Assembly (NCBI GenBank): GCA_019058315.1 | Contig: JAHPZH010000005.1 | Location: forward strand, 224,001 to 288,000 | From: Candidatus Helarchaeota archaeon | Lineage (GTDB): Archaea > Asgardarchaeota > Lokiarchaeia > Helarchaeales > RDOG01 | Reading direction: 5' to 3' | Length of the DNA: 64,000 nucleotides | Shown: positions 60,450-64,000 of the stretch, piece after piece | How the letters are laid out: each line of letters opens with the position of its first letter | How positions within the stretch are numbered: position 1 is the first letter of the stretch | Notes under the pieces: model-generated | What the model saw: the letters and a program-made list of their open reading frames with translations, nothing else | Database searches by the model: none | Told to the model about the DNA's origin: nothing | Made by a program: the position numbers and the translations under genes

Positions 60450-61922
60450 CTAATTTTGCCTTTGAAGATAATTGTAATATTGATTTAAACGATAATAGAC
60501 TTTAGCACCTCGTGTAATAGAAGAAAATGTTGGAATTTTTAAATCATTTAAGTTCTTAATAAGATGAATTCTAGTATCCTCAATTTCTAAATTGGTTTCA
60601 ATAATTCTCGGAATAATGCAAATTAATGGTTTTGTTATAAATCGTTTTATTTTTTTATAGGCTTTAACAATTTCTGTTCCATAATCAAATCTAGAGAGAC
60701 CAGAAGCTCTAATTCTTTCATTAAACCAATAGAATCGTTCTGGCATTTGATAAGTAATGAGTGCGTCAATTTTTGAGTCATTACTTACATATTTGATAAT
60801 TCTTCTGAAAATATCTGGAAAGAAACCCATACCTCCCATATCTACGGGATTTTTTACACTAGTATTTACATCAGGTAAGATCTTTGAGATTTTATTTTTA
60901 GTTTCCTCAGATAATTGGGGTAAATATAATCCTTCTTTCGCACAAGCATCTGTCATTTCCACCGAAGATCCTCCACCACCCACTATTATCCCGATATTTT
61001 TACCTTTAGGTAATTTATTGCCAAGCAAAAGACAACTATGCAAAACATCCCCCAATTCATCGATAGATTCAGTCAGGATAATACCAGTTTGTTTCATAAT
61101 GGATCGCCAAAGATTATTATCCATAGCTAAAGCTCCAGTGTGGCTAAATGCAGCTCTTTTTCCATCTTCAGTAACTCCACCTTTCCAAACAACAACTGGC
61201 TTTTTTATAGTTACCTTTTTAATTTTTTCATAGAAATTATTCCGTTTTACATCCTCAATATATACCCCAACTGCCCTAATTTCATTATCATTTCCAAAAT
61301 ATTCTATAAAATCTTGAATTGTTAAGTCACATTGATTACCTATACTTACGGTTTTGTTAAACTTTATTCCTTTTCCATTTGCTAACAAAGTGAATGTTCC
61401 AGCATGACCTCCGGATTGAGAAATAAATCCAACATTACCGATATCTCCTACCTCTTGTCCCGGCATAAAAGCTAATCTACTTTTATTACAGTGGATACCT
61501 AGACAATTTGGACCAATTAGTCTTATTTTACCCTTTTTAGCTATCTCTACTATTTCATCTTCCAATTTTTTATTACCCACTTCACTAAATCCTGAACTAA
61601 ATATAACAGCATATTTTACCTTTCCAGAACATTGTTTTAATATCTCAGGACATTTTCTCGCAGGAACAGCTATAATTGCTAAATCAATTAGTTCAGGTAC
61701 ATCCAATATTGTGGGAATTACTTTCCTTCCATATATTTCTGAGCGATTTGGATTAATATAATAAATAGTTTTAGGAAATTTTGAGTTATCTAAAGCGGTT
61801 ACGAAACCCCCACCTTTTATTGGTTGATTTGAAACCCCTATTATTGCTACATTATTAGGATAAAATAACTCATTCATATCTATCAAATTTATGCCTCTTG
61901 GTTTCATAACCAACATAACCAA
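60450..61922 (-). CDS. Acyl-CoA synthetase (NDP-forming) alpha subunit, AcdA-like
   Basis: VAIIGVS, SGFSE, GPNCLG, SQSGG, GNQ.D, SHTGA phospho-His, NPVD. Confidence 0.9.
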   Translation of the reverse strand: MVMLVMKPRGINLIDMNELFYPNNVAIIGVSNQPIKGGGFVTALDNSKFPKTIYYINPNRSEIYGRKVIPTILDVPELIDLAIIAVPARKCPEILKQCSGKVKYAVIFSSGFSEVGNKKLEDEIVEIAKKGKIRLIGPNCLGIHCNKSRLAFMPGQEVGDIGNVGFISQSGGHAGTFTLLANGKGIKFNKTVSIGNQCDLTIQDFIEYFGNDNEIRAVGVYIEDVKRNNFYEKIKKVTIKKPVVVWKGGVTEDGKRAAFSHTGALAMDNNLWRSIMKQTGIILTESIDELGDVLHSCLLLGNKLPKGKNIGIIVGGGGSSVEMTDACAKEGLYLPQLSEETKNKISKILPDVNTSVKNPVDMGGMGFFPDIFRRIIKYVSNDSKIDALITYQMPERFYWFNERIRASGLSRFDYGTEIVKAYKKIKRFITKPLICIIPRIIETNLEIEDTRIHLIKNLNDLKIPTFSSITRGAKVYYRLNQYYNYLQRQN

Positions 61923-62032
61923 AGGAAAAATAAAAATTTTTCATTTAAATTGAAAAATTCGTTTTTATAAAAAAGAGGGGGATGGAGTTTCTTTGTTGAA
62001 CGCGATAATTTGAATAATTAGTTTTTAATTAT

Positions 62033-62164
62033 TTATACACTTGCTATACTATTTATCTCTACTAACTTTTTTTGATTATTTTTTAATTTACATTTATCGC
62101 ATTCCTTAACGAAGTTAAATTTCCGTTTTAATCCAAATTCTTCTCCACAGGTTAAACAAATCAA
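62033..62164 (-). CDS. Putative 43-aa Zn-finger microprotein (not in ORF track)
   Basis: AGGAG RBS, TTG start, MICLTCGEEFGLKRKFNFVKECDKCKLKNNQKKLVEINSIASV with CxxC-x15-CxxC. Confidence 0.65.
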   Translation of the reverse strand: MICLTCGEEFGLKRKFNFVKECDKCKLKNNQKKLVEINSIASV

Positions 62165-62340
62165 AATATCGTTCTCCTATTTTTGTCGGATTAGACAATA
62201 GGATTTCTAATTGTAAGAATTGTATGAACTTCAAAATAAATCTCCCCTTTTTTTGTCGAGACCGACAAAAATATATTCTAAAATTAAATATTTCTTTAAT
62301 ACCAAAATAAGAAATTCGGTTTTTTGTCGAATTAACAATT
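62161..62340. repeat. Three degenerate tandem units (period 70-71 bp), each with a TTGTC-N5/6-(G/A)ACAA palindrome
   Basis: CAAAATA at 62162/62232/62303; TTTTGTCG at 62181/62251/62322. Confidence 0.7.
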
Positions 62341-62411
62341 TTAGATAATAGGAAAGTCCATGTCCTTAACGCTCATTTAATCAATTGAATAGATGAATTA
62401 TTGATGATTAA

Positions 62412-62675
62412 TTAATTAATATTTTGTTTTGCTTTCTCTAATTTATCACAAGGCAAACAAGGACATTTTTTATTACGAACCGCCCGTTTGCAAACAAAAG
62501 GATACCCTTTACCATTCTTTATAATTTCTTCACATAATCTTATTTCATCTTCAGTCAAAGGTTGGGCATTTTTTTCCATTATATTCGGAAGTATATACGT
62601 TATAAAGATAATTATTACTATAATTACAGCGATAATAATTCCAATTATTATTAAAATAATCCAAAGGTCAGACAT
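62412..62675 (-). CDS. Small membrane-anchored Cys-rich protein
   Basis: N-terminal TM; C..C...CPCLPC. Confidence 0.7.
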   Translation of the reverse strand: MSDLWIILIIIGIIIAVIIVIIIFITYILPNIMEKNAQPLTEDEIRLCEEIIKNGKGYPFVCKRAVRNKKCPCLPCDKLEKAKQNIN

Positions 62676-62772
62676 TATATCCTCACCATTAAAAATTGAA
62701 TATATATGCTTTAAAAGTCTTTAGTTCAAGTTTAAGGTTCTGGTTGAAAAAATTCGATCTTTTATCACTTAT

Positions 62773-64000
62773 TCAAATCATATCAACCTTATACGGAACT
62801 AAGTTTCGAAATGCTCTCTTCAGTAATTTAGTGTACTCTTCCACATCACATCGACTGGAGTGTTTAAGTAAGTGGGATACAAGCACGCGATTTATTGGAG
62901 TTTTCGAATTTGCGTTGGTTATGATATATCTTACTTTTTGTCCAGGGTGAATTTCAATTCCTAGATTGGTGAGCTGCTTCGCAGCAATAGCTTGCCGTGA
63001 GTTGTTCTTATATTGATGCGGGTATCTAGTGATACGGGTGGTAATCAACAGATCTTCAGGGTTATAATCTCTATTTCGTATCTTATCAATATATTTTTTT
63101 AAAACCTTGTTGTAGACTTTCGGAACTAGTTGCTTAAATTCGAAACTGTTATTCGCGTGTTTTGCAAAATAGTCAATCATCTCACTCTGTGCGTCTTTCA
63201 CTATCTTAGGAGCATCATGTCTCCTCAGTTCTATACCCCTCACTTTCATCTTTCCGTTTTTGAACACACCATAGTAATGATTTAGAGTCCCAATTTCGGG
63301 ATTGGCTTGAGTTGGAAGGAAAACAATGAACTTGTAGCAACCATCATAATCCATAGGAATTTTGGTTTCCTGTTCTATTTCCTCACAATACTCTACATAT
63401 TTATCAATTGAATTATCAGTATATTCATCCTCATCCTGTAGCCAGAGTGAGTCCACAATACCATGGAGCACGTGAAGCTTTTTTTTGCGTGCAATTTCCG
63501 CAGCTCGTAAGAGGAGCTCCCGAGAATAAGCCGTTACTGCTTGATGCCCTTCCACACGTCCAAATCGAGCATTTCGGAACCCCATATAGCCAAAACACAC
63601 GACTAATATCCATTTTAGTGCACGCTGCCTCTTGGCATACACCTCGCTATTTGGGTTTTTTGCTTTGATTAGACGCTTGTATTGGAGTCTTTTCTCTAAT
63701 ACTGTTTTTAAGGAAATCGGTACGATACCCACACGCTTCTCACAAATTCGAAACTTGATTTGAGGCACAATTCTTGATGAATTTGGACAACATTTACAAA
63801 GAAGAGTCTCTGGTGAAATGTTATATTCTTTCATTAACGTTGGATACATACTTGTGAAGTCAAATTCATGGACATCATCAAAAATGCCGATTTTCGGTTC
63901 AAAGATAAAACCACCCTTGTCTGCTTCTAGTAGTGTGAGTGCAGGTTTGAAGCATTCTGCATTTCTTTTTACGGGAGGGATGAGTATATCGTTCTTTATT
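62773..64000 (-). CDS. polB2: Family B DNA polymerase, PolB2 group (N-terminus beyond window)
   Basis: Frame open to window end; DKGGFIFEP, DFTSMYP (motif A), KWILVVCFGY, variant motif C HGIVDSLW, RGIE.RR.D.P. Confidence 0.9.
   Translation of the reverse strand, partial: IKNDILIPPVKRNAECFKPALTLLEADKGGFIFEPKIGIFDDVHEFDFTSMYPTLMKEYNISPETLLCKCCPNSSRIVPQIKFRICEKRVGIVPISLKTVLEKRLQYKRLIKAKNPNSEVYAKRQRALKWILVVCFGYMGFRNARFGRVEGHQAVTAYSRELLLRAAEIARKKKLHVLHGIVDSLWLQDEDEYTDNSIDKYVEYCEEIEQETKIPMDYDGCYKFIVFLPTQANPEIGTLNHYYGVFKNGKMKVRGIELRRHDAPKIVKDAQSEMIDYFAKHANNSFEFKQLVPKVYNKVLKKYIDKIRNRDYNPEDLLITTRITRYPHQYKNNSRQAIAAKQLTNLGIEIHPGQKVRYIITNANSKTPINRVLVSHLLKHSSRCDVEEYTKLLKRAFRNLVPYKVDMI

Noticed and set aside
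61977-62010. Fluoride riboswitch-like start (GGGGATGGAGTT..GAACGC)
   Set aside because: Lacks the GCTGATGAC pseudoknot partner, the P1 stem is weak, and there is no downstream gene on that strand.
62161-62340. CRISPR array (70-bp period, palindromic units)
   Set aside because: Units are far too divergent, the would-be spacers resemble each other, and no cas genes are present; kept only as a degenerate repeat.
210-63668. Numerous short antisense or overlapping ORFs in the track (e.g. 656-874, 1656-1973, 15427-15828, 16077-16520, 16595-17119, 53729-54076, 60757-61233, 63408-63668)
   Set aside because: They lie opposite or within well-supported genes and show no motifs; treated as shadow ORFs.

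Overview
AT-rich (roughly 30% GC by eye), gene-dense archaeal chromosomal DNA. It is most consistent with an Asgard archaeon (Lokiarchaeia/Helarchaeales-like; inferred from archaeal RadA, PolB2, long TACK/Asgard-type HisG, a 7TM-longin protein and an SDS22-type LRR protein). About 60 CDSs, mostly catabolic or redox enzymes (corrinoid methyltransferase pair, OYE, FAD-linked oxidases, CCG Fe-S protein, ALDH, GHMP kinase, fucose-isomerase family, SDRs, BKACE, crotonases), plus transporters, two secreted beta-propeller repeat proteins, a partial his operon (hisG-hisD-TPR-TPR-hisC-hisB), radA and the 3' part of polB2. No rRNA, tRNA, bona fide CRISPR array, transposase or integrase was seen. The most striking signal is absent from the ORF track: upstream of hisG there is a 15-codon leader ORF (MKILRDFVHHCFGKL) with tandem His codons inside mutually exclusive hairpins, one of which can sequester a downstream U-tract. 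This is a candidate ribosome-dependent histidine attenuator in an archaeon. Other hidden features are tandem palindromic operators at 24.3 kb, a 3x70-bp degenerate palindromic array at 62.2 kb feeding an unannotated Zn-finger microprotein whose RBS is hairpin-sequestered, an HNH/CARF islet with two micro-ORFs, and an in-frame TGA exactly at a conserved Trp in a propeller gene. All product calls come from motif recognition by eye, with no database searches.
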